From NCBI GenBank assembly GCA_964016885.1, contig OZ024752.1:46376001-46440000 (forward strand): a stretch of 64,000 nt of DNA. Direction: 5' to 3'. Both the position numbers and the translations under genes were made by a program. Shown piece by piece: positions 12,435 through 27,097 of the stretch; position 1 is the first letter of the stretch; each line of letters starts with the position of its first letter. This stretch comes from Eledone cirrhosa (taxonomy: Eukaryota). Under the pieces are notes generated by a model. That model did not search any database. It was given only the letters and a program-made list of their open reading frames with translations, and had not been told where the DNA came from.

Positions 12435-12840
12435 TGAGAGTGAGAGAAGAGAGAGAGGAAAGAGATGGGGAGATAGGGGGAGGGGAGAGAGGGAGAGAGA
12501 GAGATAGAGTGATGGGGAGATAGGGGGAGGGGAGAGGGAGAGAGAGAGAGATAGAGTGATGGGGTGAAAGGGGGAGGGGGAGATAGAGAGAGGGAGATAG
12601 AGTGAAAGAGAGTGAGAGGGGGGGGGGATTAACTCTGCAAGAGATATGGAAGATAGAAAGGAAGACTTTGTAGTCACAAACTAGTTGAAAGTTTTTGCTG
12701 CTAAGGATACATAAGTTGTATGTGTTACACATCTAATGTGTTACAGTAACACATTAGATGTGTTAAAGTTACACACATATTTTGAACTGGCTCTCAGACA
12801 TTCCTAGATAAATCCAATATTCAGTTTGGTGGTTGGTGTA

Positions 12841-12968
<128 letters not shown>

Positions 12969-13565
12969 ATATGACCCATGCTAGCATGGAAAAATGGACG
13001 TAAAACGGTGATGGCGTATGTATGTATATATGTGCTTGTTTGTTGTGTATTGTATGTATATATGCATATATATATTTATATGTCTGTGTGTATATATATG
13101 TGCATGTGTGTTGTATGTATATATGTATATATATATCTGTGTGTGTATATATATATATGTGTTGTGTGTTGTGTATATAATAGAATTTTAAAGGTTATCT
13201 CATCTGTAACAGAGGTTGTACAGAGATTCAGTAAAAATGCATTACATTGGTAATGTAATATAATTAATTCATTGCTAATTAGACGACTACAAAAGCTCTA
13301 AGATATTAAATTCCTTTTGTTATCTAATTTCTATCTAGGTATACTGAGAGTACTGACAGATCCAGAAAATTAGCTAACAGCACAAGGTGTCTGGCTTAAT
13401 GTTACTGGTTTCAGAATTGGATTTACATTCATGAGGTGGTGAACAATAGCATTCCAGATATGTCAACCCCTTCTTTTTAAGTACCGTATTTCCCGGCGCT
13501 GAAGACTCTTCGTCTTCGAAGACGTACCCTAATTTTGACAACCAAAAATTTGAAAGAAAATAATC

Positions 13566-13752
13566 GTTTCTACTTTTTGGCACAAGGCCAGCAATTATCC
13601 CAGTGCATTACTGGTACTTTATTTTATCGACCCTGTAAGGATGAAAGACAAAGTTAACCTCGGCAGGATTTGAACTCAGATCATAAAGGGAGGTAACTCT
13701 ATGCTTCAAAGCATGGCGTCCAACCCTCTACCGATACTGCCAATCCACCGCC
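13566..13752 (-). mobile_element. tRNA-derived SINE family A
   Basis: Reverse complement of the 5227 element. Confidence 0.85.
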
Positions 13753-13989
13753 CTAAATTTGAAAAAAAATAATAAACAATACACATATATTATTCATATA
13801 TCTCCATTATATAGACACAGTTATATATACACACTGGTGTGTATATAATGCTGTGTGTATATAAGGGTATGTATATAATGGTGTGTAGTGTGTGTGTGTG
13901 TGTGTGTGTGGCATCTCACACCTATGCAGGTTTGGCTGGCCTCCTCCAAGGTATATCTCGTTGGAGGTGTCTTGGGTGATTTAATGCTA

Positions 13990-14152
13990 GGGACCCCAGT
14001 CCTATCATCTCATTTCTACAGCTGAGTAAACTGGAGCAACGTGAAATAAAGTGTCTTGTTCAAGGAAACAACACATCACCCGGTCCGAGAATTGAACTCA
14101 CAACCTTTCAATTGCAAGCCCAATGCTCTAACCACTAAGCCATGTGCCTTCA
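13990..14152 (-). mobile_element. tRNA-derived SINE family B
   Basis: The - strand head reads ggcacatggcttagtggttagagc...gagttcaattctc, then ttgaacaagacactttatttcac. Relatives at 16357(+), 35990(-), 53020(-) and 53420(-). Confidence 0.8.
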
Positions 14153-15077
14153 CATATGTATATCTGTGGGTATATCATGACTCATACACTGTTCACTTTC
14201 CTGACATTTGTACATTATTCTATGTACTATACATGCACCTTTGATGAGTTATAGTGCACCTGAGCACTGTACACAATAATTTCATAAATAAATAAATAAT
14301 AAAGAAATCATTATTATTATTATTATTATAATACACTGGGGTAATTGCTGGCCTTGTGCCAAAAGTAGAAACAATTATTATTATAAGATGAGAATCGAAC
14401 TCACAATCTTTTGAATATGAACTAACACCATTACCAACTCACTACTAAGCCACATACTTTAACTCTGAAGGACTGAAGGAGTTATATTCAAGACATTAGC
14501 AGAGAATGATTTAGTCTGCTGTCATTTAATAAGACTCATGGAAAGAATTCGTCACCTGTGTTGCAATGATTAAAGAATCTTACGTGAAAGTATGCTGTAT
14601 CTTTTATTTGATTAGGTTATTGTTACTAAGCAAGGTTGGCATTTGAAGCTCTACTGAATATAAATGAGTTTAATATAGCTAGGATATATCTCAATCAGTT
14701 TATCCTGGCATATCAAAACATAATTAACTGCCCAGGTATATATATATTTACAGCTCACACTGATTGAGATAAGGAAATGGTAACAAGGCAAAGGTAAATG
14801 AATGACAAAATTATGGTAGCTATTCTTATCACCACCACCACCACAGTATCCCCCCCCCCCCACCACCACCACCATCACCACAGTATCCCCACCACCACCA
14901 CCACCACAGTATCCCCACCACCACCACCACCACCATCATCACCACAGTATGCCTACCCCTCACCACCACCACAGAATCCCCCCCCACCACCACCATCATC
15001 ACCACAGTATGCCTACCCCTCACTACCACCACAGTATGTCTACCCCACCCTCACCACCACCACAACCCAGCACACCT

Positions 15078-15930
15078 TTTAAAGTGCTAGTGTTGGTGCC
15101 ATAATAAAATACACCCAGTCCACTCTGTAAAGTAGTAGTGCTGGTATCTTGATAAAATACACCCAACACATTCTGTAAAGTGGTAGTGCTGGTGCCATGA
15201 TAAAATACACCCAGAACACTCTGTAAAGTGGTAGTGCTAGTGCCATGATAAAATACACCCAGAACACTCTGTAAAGTGGTAGTGCTGGTGCCATGATAAA
15301 ATACACCCAGAACACTCTGTAAAGTGGTAGTGCTGGTGTCATGACAAAATACACCCAGAACACTCTGTAAAGTGGTAGTGCTGGTGTCATGGTAAAATAC
15401 ACCCAGAACACTCTGTAAAGTGGTAGTGCTAGTGCCATGATAAAATACACCCAGAACACTCTGTAAAGTGGTAGTGCTAGTGCCATGATAAAATACACCC
15501 AGAACACTCTGTAAAGTGGTAGTGCTATTGCCATGATAAAATACACCCAGAACACTCTGTAAAGTAGTAGTGCTGGTATCTTGATAAAATACACTCAATA
15601 CACTCTGTAAAGTGGTAGTGCTGGTGCCATGATAAAATACACCCAGAACACTCTGTAAAGTGGTAGTACTAGTGCCATGATAAAATACACCCAGAACACT
15701 CTGTACAGTGGTAGTGCTGGTGTCATGATAAAATACACCCAGCACACTCTGTAAAGTGGTTGGCATTAGAAAGAACAACTCGCTGTGGAAACCATGCCAA
15801 AAAGGAACACATGAGCAAGAGCTGGTCATCGGAGCTAACTACTTCCAGAATGTGGGGACCTGACCAACCTATATGGAAAAATGGATATAAAATGATTATG
15901 ATGATGATGATGATCCATCATCATCATTAG
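15078..15930 (+). mobile_element. (GAT)n-tailed SINE-like element with a 48-bp tandem expansion (~14 copies)
   Basis: Unit AAAATACACCCAGAACACTCTGTAAAGTGGTAGTGCTGGTGCCATGAT is homologous to the reverse complement of the 425-1257 unit and runs into gtggttggcattagaaag and a gatgat tail. Confidence 0.75.
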
Positions 15931-16763
15931 TAAGGTAAAAGTAGTTTTTTAGAATATTCAGTAGGAATCACAGAGTCGTTTTTTAAATAAGAAACATGTA
16001 AGTGGTGATTCTCAGAGATCCAGGTTACATTTATCCTTTTTCAATCTCAGTTGATGCTTGTCTACTTGTCTTTCAGCTGAATGAACTAGAACAACAGGAA
16101 ATGAAATGTCATGCTCAAGGACACATCATGTCAAACCCACCACTTTATATAACCATGAGCGTAACACCCAAACCACTAAGCTACTTATCTTCCCCACTGC
16201 CAGAACTTGTATCCACATGCTCAGGAATAAACTGAAACATACTTGAGTAGATAGTAAATCAAGTATAGGTAGACAAGACTGAGTTAGTGTTAGCTGAGGT
16301 GAATGGAGCAGTAGGAGTTTACTTTTATATATATATATATACACACACATGTGTGAAGGCATGTGGCTGAGTGGTTAGGGAATTGGATTCACAATTGTGA
16401 GGTTGTGAGTTCGATTCCCAGACCAGATGATGTGTTATGTCCTTGAGCAAGACACTTTATTTAACATTGCTCCTTCTACCTGGAGTTGCAACTGACAGAT
16501 AGTATTAGCAATTGGAAAGACCAATGGAAACATTGCTTCCTCGGTCCAATTGGACGAAAGTATGTATATATACATATATATATATATGCAGAGGTTATAT
16601 TTAATTTCTTGGGATTCAACAAGCTTAAACATTTTTATAACATTTTTATAACTGATATAAAGCACTCAACCGATTAGTGGAGTTGAACGGTTGAAAGCGA
16701 ATTTCAACCGTTAAGATTGTCTTTTTTCTGGGTATGTCAATATTTATTTATAAAACAAATCTG

Positions 16764-16829
16764 TATTTTATCTGATGAAAGTGCACCATAATCTACCTTG
16801 GTTGCCCTTGAAATATATATAATAAAATA
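16764..16829 (+). ncRNA. Minimal type I hammerhead ribozyme motif
   Basis: tattttat-CTGATGA-aag...ctt-GAAA-tatata-TA-ataaaata: perfect 8-bp stem I, palindromic stem III (AUAUAUAU). Confidence 0.85.
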
Positions 16830-16976
16830 ATTATGGTTTTATAAATATAGTTTCCATTTATTAATATATTGTATATATTTATATATATATATATAACAAA
16901 GGAAATGTGGTAAGGAACCAGGTGGACCATAACGCACCAAAGTACTCAATACTTAGGGTAGTAGAGTGGGTAATAT

Positions 16977-17010
<34 letters not shown>

Positions 17011-17190
17011 CATATATAGTTAGTTCCACAACAAATTAGCAAACAACCATACTCTAGGACATGCATTTTACCAAACAGATTCTCAACACAAGTATGGTTT
17101 ACCAATTTGTTGTGGAACTAACTCCATACCGAACTCGTCCGATGGACTGAGTGCGCTATTTACTACGCAAATAACCTCCTGGTGTTTTAC

Positions 17191-17258
<68 letters not shown>

Positions 17259-17452
17259 TATTAAGGATACTATTTATGGTTATGCAACCAAGCAGACAAT
17301 ATATGCATATGTATCTGTATGTCTCTTGGGTTGAAAAGGAGGTCATATATGTGATCATTCATTAATAAATTGCTCCGAAGAATCCAAACCTCGGTTTGGA
17401 GGAAACAATTGTAAGCATATAAATGATTTGAACAGAACTTTGATTATTATAA

Positions 17453-17496
<44 letters not shown>

Positions 17497-17871
17497 TTCT
17501 GCAATATCCAAATTCCACTCATAAGTCATAGGTGAAACCAATGCTTTAGTAGAAAACATTTGTCCAAGATGCCACACAATGGGACTAAACTTAGAACCAG
17601 GAGCAGTTTCAAGTGGTTTGGTATGAGAAGGGTTAAGAAAATTAATCTGGTATCAATGATTAGCTCGTTTCTATGATAATTTCAATAGATTCAACATGTC
17701 AGAAAACTCATAGCTCAGGCACGATGAGAACAAAGCAGTGGTTAAGTTGATAACAAAGTTTGATCTCAGAATTACTAAAATATAACAACAAGGATTAAAT
17801 AGACTAATAGTGTAAACGAGAAGTAGATTTAATTAAGAGATAACAAACTAAGGTAGATGTTAAGTCACTAT

Positions 17872-17912
<41 letters not shown>

Positions 17913-18039
17913 AATGAGTAGGACCCCGACGGCTGAGCTCAAGCCGTTTTGACGGCTAATTCTGGACTCACTCTACTACCCTAAGTATTGAGTACTTTGG
18001 TGCGTTATGGTCCACCTGGTTCCTTACCACATTTCCTCC

Positions 18040-18096
<57 letters not shown>

Positions 18097-18262
18097 ATAT
18101 ATATAGTAATAATAATAAATTTGAAGACTAAAATCCAAAGAGGGCTCGATAAGGATAAATATATATCAATTATATAAGAACCGTAGAGCAAATATTTATT
18201 AAAATAACAAAAATAACAGATTAAAGTTTAAGCAAAGAATCTCTGCTTTCACCCTTAACGGG

Positions 18263-18313
18263 AGTTTCAGAAGATCCCGTTAAGGGTGAAAGCAGCGATT
18301 CTTTGCTTAAACT
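18263..18313 (+). ncRNA. Hammerhead-like motif with variant core CAGAAGA
   Basis: agttt-CAGAAGA-tcccgttaagggt-GAAA-gca gcgattctt tgc-TT-aaact. Confidence 0.55.
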
Positions 18314-18331
18314 TTAATCTGTTATTTTAAT

Positions 18332-18362
<31 letters not shown>

Positions 18363-18519
18363 TCGTGTTTAATATAGAAATGATTTCTACAGAACTAGAA
18401 CTGTTATATATATATATATATATATATATGCTGTCTAGAGAAAAATGACATTAAATACTCATGATGATATATTTACATCTGTCCATGTGTGTGTGTATGT
18501 GTGTGTGTGTGTATGTGTG

Positions 18520-18568
<49 letters not shown>

Positions 18569-18569
18569 G

Positions 18570-18632
<63 letters not shown>

Positions 18633-18680
18633 CACCCTTGCAAGCAAGGAAAAGCGTACATAAAATGATGATGATGATGA

Positions 18681-18732
<52 letters not shown>

Positions 18733-19355
18733 CTAGGACCTATTACTTAATCCAATGGCTAAAGTTCCCTTCAAATGAGATAAGTTTCCAACCATAAATT
18801 AGTTGCTTTAGGAAGATAATGAAGTCAGTTTTGTAAAACTAATAGCATTAAAGATATTTGTTGCTAGAGAGGATTGAAGTGGAGGCTTTTGGAATTGGTC
18901 TTTTAACAAAGCAACTATTAAACCACTCTGACCATGTATTTCTTTGTGTTGAGAGGTCATTGGGTCCTTGGTCATCATCATCACCACCACTGCTATCATC
19001 ATCATCATTGTCACCACTACCACCAACATCATCATCATCATCACCACCACTGCTATCATCATCATCATTGTCACCACTACCACCAACATCATCATCATCA
19101 TCACCACCACTGCTATCATCATCATCATTGTCACCACTACCACCAACATCATCATCATCATCATCATCACCACCACTGCTATCATTTTACTCAATAAAAT
19201 ATTATTTTTGTTTGTTTTAACGATGCTCCAGTCGACTCACAGTGTCACACTGAATCGCTCTAGGACCTACGTTAAGGATACACGTGTCTGTGAAAAGACC
19301 AGCATCTTACAGGCTGTTCTGTTGTTCGAACAGACGGATCGCTCGTTGTCAGAAC

Positions 19356-19948
19356 CGACAGAGGTCCGACATACGTACAACACATACTCATACAGAGGTC
19401 CGACATACGTACAACACATACACATACAGTGGTCCGACATACGTACAACACATACTCATACAATGGTCCGACATACGTACAACACATACACATACATAGG
19501 TCCGACATACGTACAACACATACACATACAGAGGTCCAACATACGTACAACACATACTCATACAATGGTCCGACATACGTACAACACATACACATACAAT
19601 GGTCCGACATACGTACAACACATACACATACAGAGGTCCAACATACGTACAACACATACTCATACAATGGTCCGACATACGTACAACACATACTCATACA
19701 GTGGTCCGACATACGTACAACACATACTCATACAATGGTCCGACATACGTACAACACATACACATACATAGGTCCGACATACGTACAACACATACTCATA
19801 CAGAGGTCCAACATACGTACAACACATACTCATACAGTGGTCCGACATACGTACAACACATACACATACAATGGTCCGACATACGTACAACACATACACA
19901 TACAGAGGTCCAACATACGTACAACACATACACATACAGTGGTCCGAC
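19356..19948. repeat. 34-bp minisatellite (~17 copies)
   Basis: Unit GGTCCGACATACGTACAACACATACTCATACAAT with variants. Confidence 0.95.
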
Positions 19949-20470
19949 ACACACACACAGTCAAATTCAATAAGTTTATCTGTTCAAAAGTCTGTTTTTC
20001 TAAGGGAAATAACTCTTTGTGACCTTACTGTATGTTGTAAACATTCCAGAGTTATTTCCCGTTGAATCTCTAGCTTGTTGACATTCGTAACATTTTTTTT
20101 AGCATCGACTTTCCAAGTTTGAAATAAATAGGGTTGATTCAAGCAACTATATCATTGTCTAGCAATATAATAAGTATTACTTAAAGAAATCCATTGTACA
20201 GACTGAACGATACACTTACATCTATGATATAGGCAGAGATATGAGAGTGGTTAGAACGTCAGATAGAATGCTTTATGGTATTGGCTCCGACTCTCGGCTA
20301 TCTGAGTTCAAATCCTGCCGAGGTCAACTTTGCCTTTTATCCTTTCGAGACCGATAAAAAAAAGTACCAGTCAAGTACTGGGTTGATTCTTCCTCTATAT
20401 CTCTTTCTCATTTCATCTCTCTCTCTCGAAGAAGAAGAAATAGATGGGTTCCCCCAGTCTTTAAATTTTT

Positions 20471-20770
20471 GAGCTAGCCTAGAGTGCTAAATACCGAGAC
20501 ACACTTTGTAGAGCTAGCCTAGAGTGCTAAATACCGAGACACACTTTGTTGAGCTAGCCCAGAGAGTTAAATACCCAGGCAAACATTGTAGAGCTATCCT
20601 AGAGTGCTAAATATCCAGACACACATTATAGAGGTTACTTAGATTACTAAATACCCAGGCACGCATTGTAGAGCCATCCTAGTGTGCTAAATACCCCAAC
20701 AAACATTGTCGAGCTAGCCTAGAATGCTAAATACCCAGGTACACATTGTAGAGCTAGCTTAGGGTGCAAA
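20471..20770. repeat. 40-bp minisatellite (~7.5 diverged copies)
   Basis: Unit GAGCTAGCCTAGAGTGCTAAATACCGAGACACACTTTGTA at an exact 40-bp period. Confidence 0.95.
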
Positions 20771-21219
20771 CACAGTTATAAAGACTAGTAGATAGTAGAC
20801 ATGACAAAATAACACGAAGATGAAGAAAATTTAACAAGGGACATCTTCAAGAGGTGCCCACAGGACATTCCATGCTTGCCATACCCTAGTAACACTTCTG
20901 ACTGGGCGTATTTTATCATGACATCAGTACAACACATTTTTTGTGTCATATCTTTATTATAGTTCGTGTTTCGTTCACTAAACTACTCATGACATTTCAA
21001 GTTTTTATCAACAAACTACCTTCTTTCTAAACATTGAGAAAAAAACCCAACAAAAGGAAAGTAACAGTCATTTGTAAATATTTTGCAAGTTTGAAAGCCA
21101 AAAGTGTTGTCATGAATACAGTGTAACTCTTTCATGACCAAAATATCTGGATAGACGGGTTTAGGACCAATAAAGGTAACTGGAAATTTTGTAATAATTA
21201 TTAAAAAAGAAACCCAAAG

Positions 21220-21284
21220 CAACAACAACAACAGCAACAGCAACAGCAACAGCAAAATAATCACCGTCGCCATCATCGTCGTCG

Positions 21285-21345
<61 letters not shown>

Positions 21346-22132
21346 TACTATTAATACCTGCAGCAACAACTAGAACATCATCAACGTCATTATCAACAAC
21401 ACAACAACCACCTCCACCGCCACCACCACCACCAGCACCGCCACCACCACCACCACCACCACCACCGCTATCACCATTATCACAACAACCACAAACATTA
21501 CCACCACCGCCACCACCACCACCACCGCTATCACCATTATCATCATCACAACAACCACCACCACCACCACCACCACTATCACCATTATCATCATCACAAC
21601 TGCCAACACCACCACCACCTCCACCTCCACCACCACCACCACCTCCAACACCACCACCACCACCAACAACACCACTACCACCACCACCACCACTATCACC
21701 ATTATCACAACCACCACCACCACCACCAACACCACCACCACCACTATCACCATTATCACAACCACCACCACCACCACTATCACCATTATCACAACCACCA
21801 CCACCACCACCACCACCACCACCACCACCACCACCACCACCACTACCACCACCACCACCACTATCACCATTATCACAACCACCACCACCACCACCACCAA
21901 CACCACCACCACCTCCACCACCACCACCACCACCACCATTATCACAACAACCACCACCTCCACCACCACCACCACCACCACCACCACCATTATCACAACA
22001 ACCACCACCTCCACCACCACCACCACCACTATCACCATTATCACAACAACCACCACCACCACCACCACCACCACCACCATCACCACCACCAACACCACCA
22101 CCACCACCAACGCCACCACCACCACCACTACT
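21220..22132. repeat. Compound (CAA)/(CAT)/(CCA) trinucleotide array
   Basis: Low-complexity tract. Similar tracts at 28942, 32575, 38605, 40045, 45510, 51060 and 52080. Confidence 0.95.
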
Positions 22133-22676
22133 GCAAAAATACATTGATTCTATGGATTTATAATGACGTCAATGAAATAGAAGAGTAAGAAAGAGAAGGA
22201 GGATGAGGAAGAAAAGAAGAAAAGGAGGAGGAGGAGGAGGATATTTGACTGATTGTCAACCACCTTAATTTGTTTTATATACGTACATGATATCTTTTGC
22301 TATGTCTTATATGGTGGAACCTGTGTCTATCTTGTGCAGTAATTCCTACCTGGAGTCACAACCCCCCAAGACAGGCCACCTTCCAACTCAAAAATCTCAA
22401 GAACCCCTTGTTCTCCTTTCGTGATAAAGATTATCACGACAAACAGCACCCAGTACTCACTGTAAATGAGGTTGGCGTTAGGAAGGGCATCCAGCTGTAG
22501 ACGTGGATGAGGTGCAGTTTGAATTTGTGCCAGGTAAGGAGTACCACTAATGCCCTCTTCCTCATGAGACAACTGCAGTAGAAGTACCTAGCTAAAAGTA
22601 AGCCCCAAGTCCCTCTATTTGGCATTTGGTGACCTAGAGAAACCCTTTATATCTATCTATCCATCTCTTATTATTA

Positions 22677-22865
22677 AGGCGGTGGATTGGCGGTATCGGT
22701 AGAGGGTCGGACGCCATGCATTGCAGCATAGAGTTATGGCCCTTTATATTCTGAGTCCAAATCCCGCCGAGGTTAACTTTGCTTTTCATCCTTACGGGGG
22801 TTGATAAAATAAAGTACCAGTAATGCACTGGTGTAATTGCTGGCCTTGTGCCAAAAGTAGAAACA
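22677..22865 (+). mobile_element. tRNA-derived SINE family A
   Basis: Full-length match to the 5227 element. Confidence 0.85.
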
Positions 22866-23605
22866 GTTTTATATGATATTCTGAAAGACAGTAGGTATAA
22901 GTTTGTGACATCTGAGACAGCTGTAGGTTATTTCTGAGAACAACTGACTTGTTTTGTTTCAAATGTTCATTGTTTGAATTGTTTAAAGTAGCTTCAGAGG
23001 TTGAAGAGAGGGAGAGAGAGAGAAAGAGACAGGTTGAGGAAAGAGAGAGAGAGAGAGAGACAGAGAGAGGTTGAGGAGAGAGTGAGAGAGAGAGACTATA
23101 ACTGTTAGTGTCAATAGTTTGAGTACAAACCATGGCATTGGTGAACTTTTGACTTCTGTTGGACATAGGGTAAGATACAGGACTGTTTGTCATCACAACA
23201 CATCTCTGCTGTCTGTTAACCTTTTTGATACAGAAGCACAATGGCCAAATGGTTAGGTTGTTAGACTAATGATCATGAGATTGTGGCTTTCATTTCTTGA
23301 CCTTGGCCTTGGTAGAGTATTATGACCTTGAGCATCATCATCATTGAATATGGTTTGTTGAGGAGTTCAAATTAAAGAATGTATATACATATATAAATAA
23401 ACAAATCAGATTTGAGGGGATAAAAACCAGTTAAACCAGGACCCCGACGGCTGAGCTCCTGCTGTTTCTACAGCTGGATCTGAGTTCAGATCTAGCTGTT
23501 GAAATGCCGTCGGGGTGGGGTCTGGAATTAAAGTTTAAGCAAAGAATCGCTGCTTTCATCCTTATCGAGCCCTCTTTTGATTTTAGTCTTCGCATTTATT
23601 ATTAT

Positions 23606-23655
<50 letters not shown>

Positions 23656-24127
23656 ATAATGACAATGACACACGACACACGACCGTGACTTCTGGCCGTG
23701 ACTCAAAGACAATGACACACGACCGTGACTTCTGGCGTCACGCAGTAATACAGGGTACCCGACCTCCCATGGGTACATGCTGAAGCATATAAACAATATG
23801 CCCCCACTCCCCCCACCGCAAGGTGGTCGTGGAGGTGCCACGGTAAAAAAGCACCCAGCCCACACTGTAAAGTGGACGTGTAGGCGCCACGAAAAAGCAC
23901 CCAGCACTCACTGTAAATGAGGTTGGTGTTAGGAAGGGCATCCAGCTGTAGAAATCAAGCCAGATCAGTTCCTGTATGAGCAAGGCATGGTCAGCCGACC
24001 AGACACTGCCCACAACAGGACAACCCGTCTAACCCATGCTAGCGTGGAAGAACGGACGTAAAACGGTGATGATGATGATGATGATGATGATATATATATA
24101 TATAACGAAGGAAATGTGGTAAGGAAC

Positions 24128-24165
<38 letters not shown>

Positions 24166-24298
24166 CGAAGGAAATGTGGTAAGGAACCAGGTGGACCATA
24201 ACGCACCAAAGTACTCAATACTTAGGGTAGTAGAGTGGGTAATAGGAATGAGTAGGACCCCGACGGCTGACCTCAGCCGTCGGGGTCCTACTCGTTAC

Positions 24299-24376
<78 letters not shown>

Positions 24377-24377
24377 C

Positions 24378-24470
<93 letters not shown>

Positions 24471-24551
24471 CAATATATATATATAGACATATATATGTGG
24501 TATTTTTTTTTGTTATTTCTGTTTACCTTTTAAACCGCCCTCCTCCCCCCT

Positions 24552-24661
<110 letters not shown>

Positions 24662-24962
24662 TCCAGTTGCAATACATGAACACTTACGGAATTTCAATGC
24701 CAGAAACCTTCTCCATCTTCTCCCCCCCCCCCCCCCACCTCTCCATTACAACAAACAATGTTTGAGACGCCACCAATCTTAAAATAAAAACTATTTCACT
24801 CTAAAACACAAAGTTACACCCCCGAAAAAAACAACACAAAAATATAAAGAAAACTAAAAATATTGTAGAATTCCTGAGTAGTTTTTTTTTTAGCATTTTT
24901 TTTTTTTTAGTTTTCCACCTTTAATGGTAGAATTAATTCTGATTAACAACATATGTTTTGAC

Positions 24963-25392
24963 AGAGTGGTTAGGTGGTGGTGTAGTGGTGTAGTGGTTAG
25001 GTGGTATAGTGGTAGAGTGGTTAGGTGGTGGTAGAGTGGTGTAGTGGTTAGGTGGTGGTAGAGTGGTTAGGTGGTATAGTGGTAGAGTGGTTAGGTGGTG
25101 GTAGAGTGGTGTAGTGGTTAGGTGGTGTAGTGGTTAGGTGGTGTAGTGGTAGAGTGGTTAGGTGATGGTAGAGTGGTGTAGTGGTTAGGTGGTGTAGTGG
25201 TTAGGTGGTGTAGTGGTAGAGTGGTTAGGTGATGGTAGAGTGGTGTAGTGGTTAGGTGGTATAGTGGTAGAGTGGTTAGGTGGTGTAGTGGTAGGATGGT
25301 TAGGTGGTGTAGTGGTTAGGTGGTGTAGTCGTAGGATGGTTAGGTGGTGTAGTGGTGTAGTGGTTAGGTGGTGGTAGAGTGGTTAGGTGGTA
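24963..25392. repeat. GT-rich minisatellite (GTGGTTAGGTGGTGTAGTGGTAGA variants)
   Basis: Direct tandem repeats. Confidence 0.9.
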
Positions 25393-26230
25393 TACACACA
25401 TACTCAGATAGAACACCCACACACCACCCCCACACAACCCCCACACAACACAATGATTCCTACCAACTCTCAAGAAAACATTAGGAACCAGGTCTCTGTC
25501 ATTGCCATATCATTCAACACCCACTCCAATCTCTCCCCTCCAGGGACCGATACCCACCCCACCCCATCTACCCCCTCCAGGGACCTTGGAGCTGCGGTGA
25601 GGAAGCATTTTAATACCTCATATATATATATACACGCACACACATATATATACATATACACACACACACACACACATATATACATATATACACCACGCAC
25701 ACACATATATATATATATACACACACACACACATATATATACACATATATATATATATATACACACCACACACATATATATACACCACACATATATATAT
25801 ATACACATATATATATACACACAAATATATATATATATATACACACACACACATATATACACACACACACACACACATATACACATATATATATATATAT
25901 ATACACACCACACACACATATATATATACACACACACACATATATACAGACACACACACGTTCACTCACATAATGTTAAATAGATCAAGGAAGCTAAGAA
26001 GGAAAAACGTACAAAAAGTAAAGAAGAAAAAAAAAACAAATAAACCCCAAAAAACAAAACAAAGGAAAAGAAAGAAAGAACTAAAGAACGAAACAACCAA
26101 AAAAAGAAAGAAAGAAGGAAGGAAACTGAGCTAAGAACGATACGACAGATGGTATACAGTGTAATAGATTCTTTTAAAATATGATCTCCACTTTCTAAAC
26201 ACTATGACGTCATTGTGATGTCAATAGCAC

Positions 26231-26958
26231 GTGTCTATCTGATCGCCTCTTAATCCCTGGGGGGTGAAAGTTAGTTATTTAGATAACTATACAGCAGCCA
26301 TAGTTTCGTATGTGTCTATCTGATCGCTTCTTAATTCCTTGGGGTGAAAGCTAGTTATTTAGATAGCTATACACCAGCCATAGTTTCGTATTTGTCTATC
26401 CGATAGCTTCTTAAGTCCTGAAGGTGAGAGTTAGTTATTTAAATAACTATACAGTAGCCATGGTTTCGTATTTGTCTATCTTATCGCTTCTTAAGCCTTG
26501 GGGAGGGCTGAAGTAGAAGCTAGTTATTTAAATAACTATGCAGTAGTCGTAGTTTGGTATTTGTCTATCCAATAGCTTCTTAAGTTCTGAGGGTCAAAGC
26601 TAGTTATTTAAATAACTATGAGGCAGCCATAGTTTCGTATGTGTCTATCAGATCGCTTCTGAATTCCTGAAGGTGAGAGTTGTTTATGTAAATAACTATG
26701 CTGCAGCCATAGTTTCGTATTTAACTATCTGATAGCTTCTCAAGTCCTGCAGGTGAAAGCTAGTTATTTAAATAACTATACAGCGGCCATAGTGTCGTGT
26801 GTCTATATGATCGCTTCTTAAGCCCTGGGGATGGGTGTGGGTGGAGACTAGTTGTTTAAATAACTATCCAGTAGCCACAGTTTCGTACGTAGCTATTTGA
26901 TCGCTTCTTACCTTTTAGCTATGAAGGTTATTTATTAAACTAGCCACAGTTTCGTACT
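26231..26958. repeat. ~79-87-bp diverged satellite (~9 copies)
   Basis: Recurring gtctatc..atcgcttcttaa...gctagttatttaaataactat...gccatagtttcgta. Confidence 0.9.
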
Positions 26959-27097
26959 TTGGTGTACTAATACATAGAAGAGAAAGTGTATATATATATG
27001 TAAATGAAAAGTATAGAAATTATATATATATATATATATACAAAAGATGTATACGCACTTCAGCAGCCAAAATTCAAATTCTGTTTTATATGCATTT

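Noticed and set aside
13194-13400. Two-exon + strand gene fragment (VISSVTEVVQRFSKNALHW / YTESTDRSRKLANSTRCLA*)
   Set aside because: Plausible splice sites but no recognisable homology and no supportable upstream exons.
22792-23241. 149-aa - strand ORF
   Set aside because: Spans a (CT)n tract and ends inside a SINE; no recognisable domain.
24963-25392. Interstitial telomere
   Set aside because: Contains GGTTAGG but no tandem TTAGGG or TTAGG runs.
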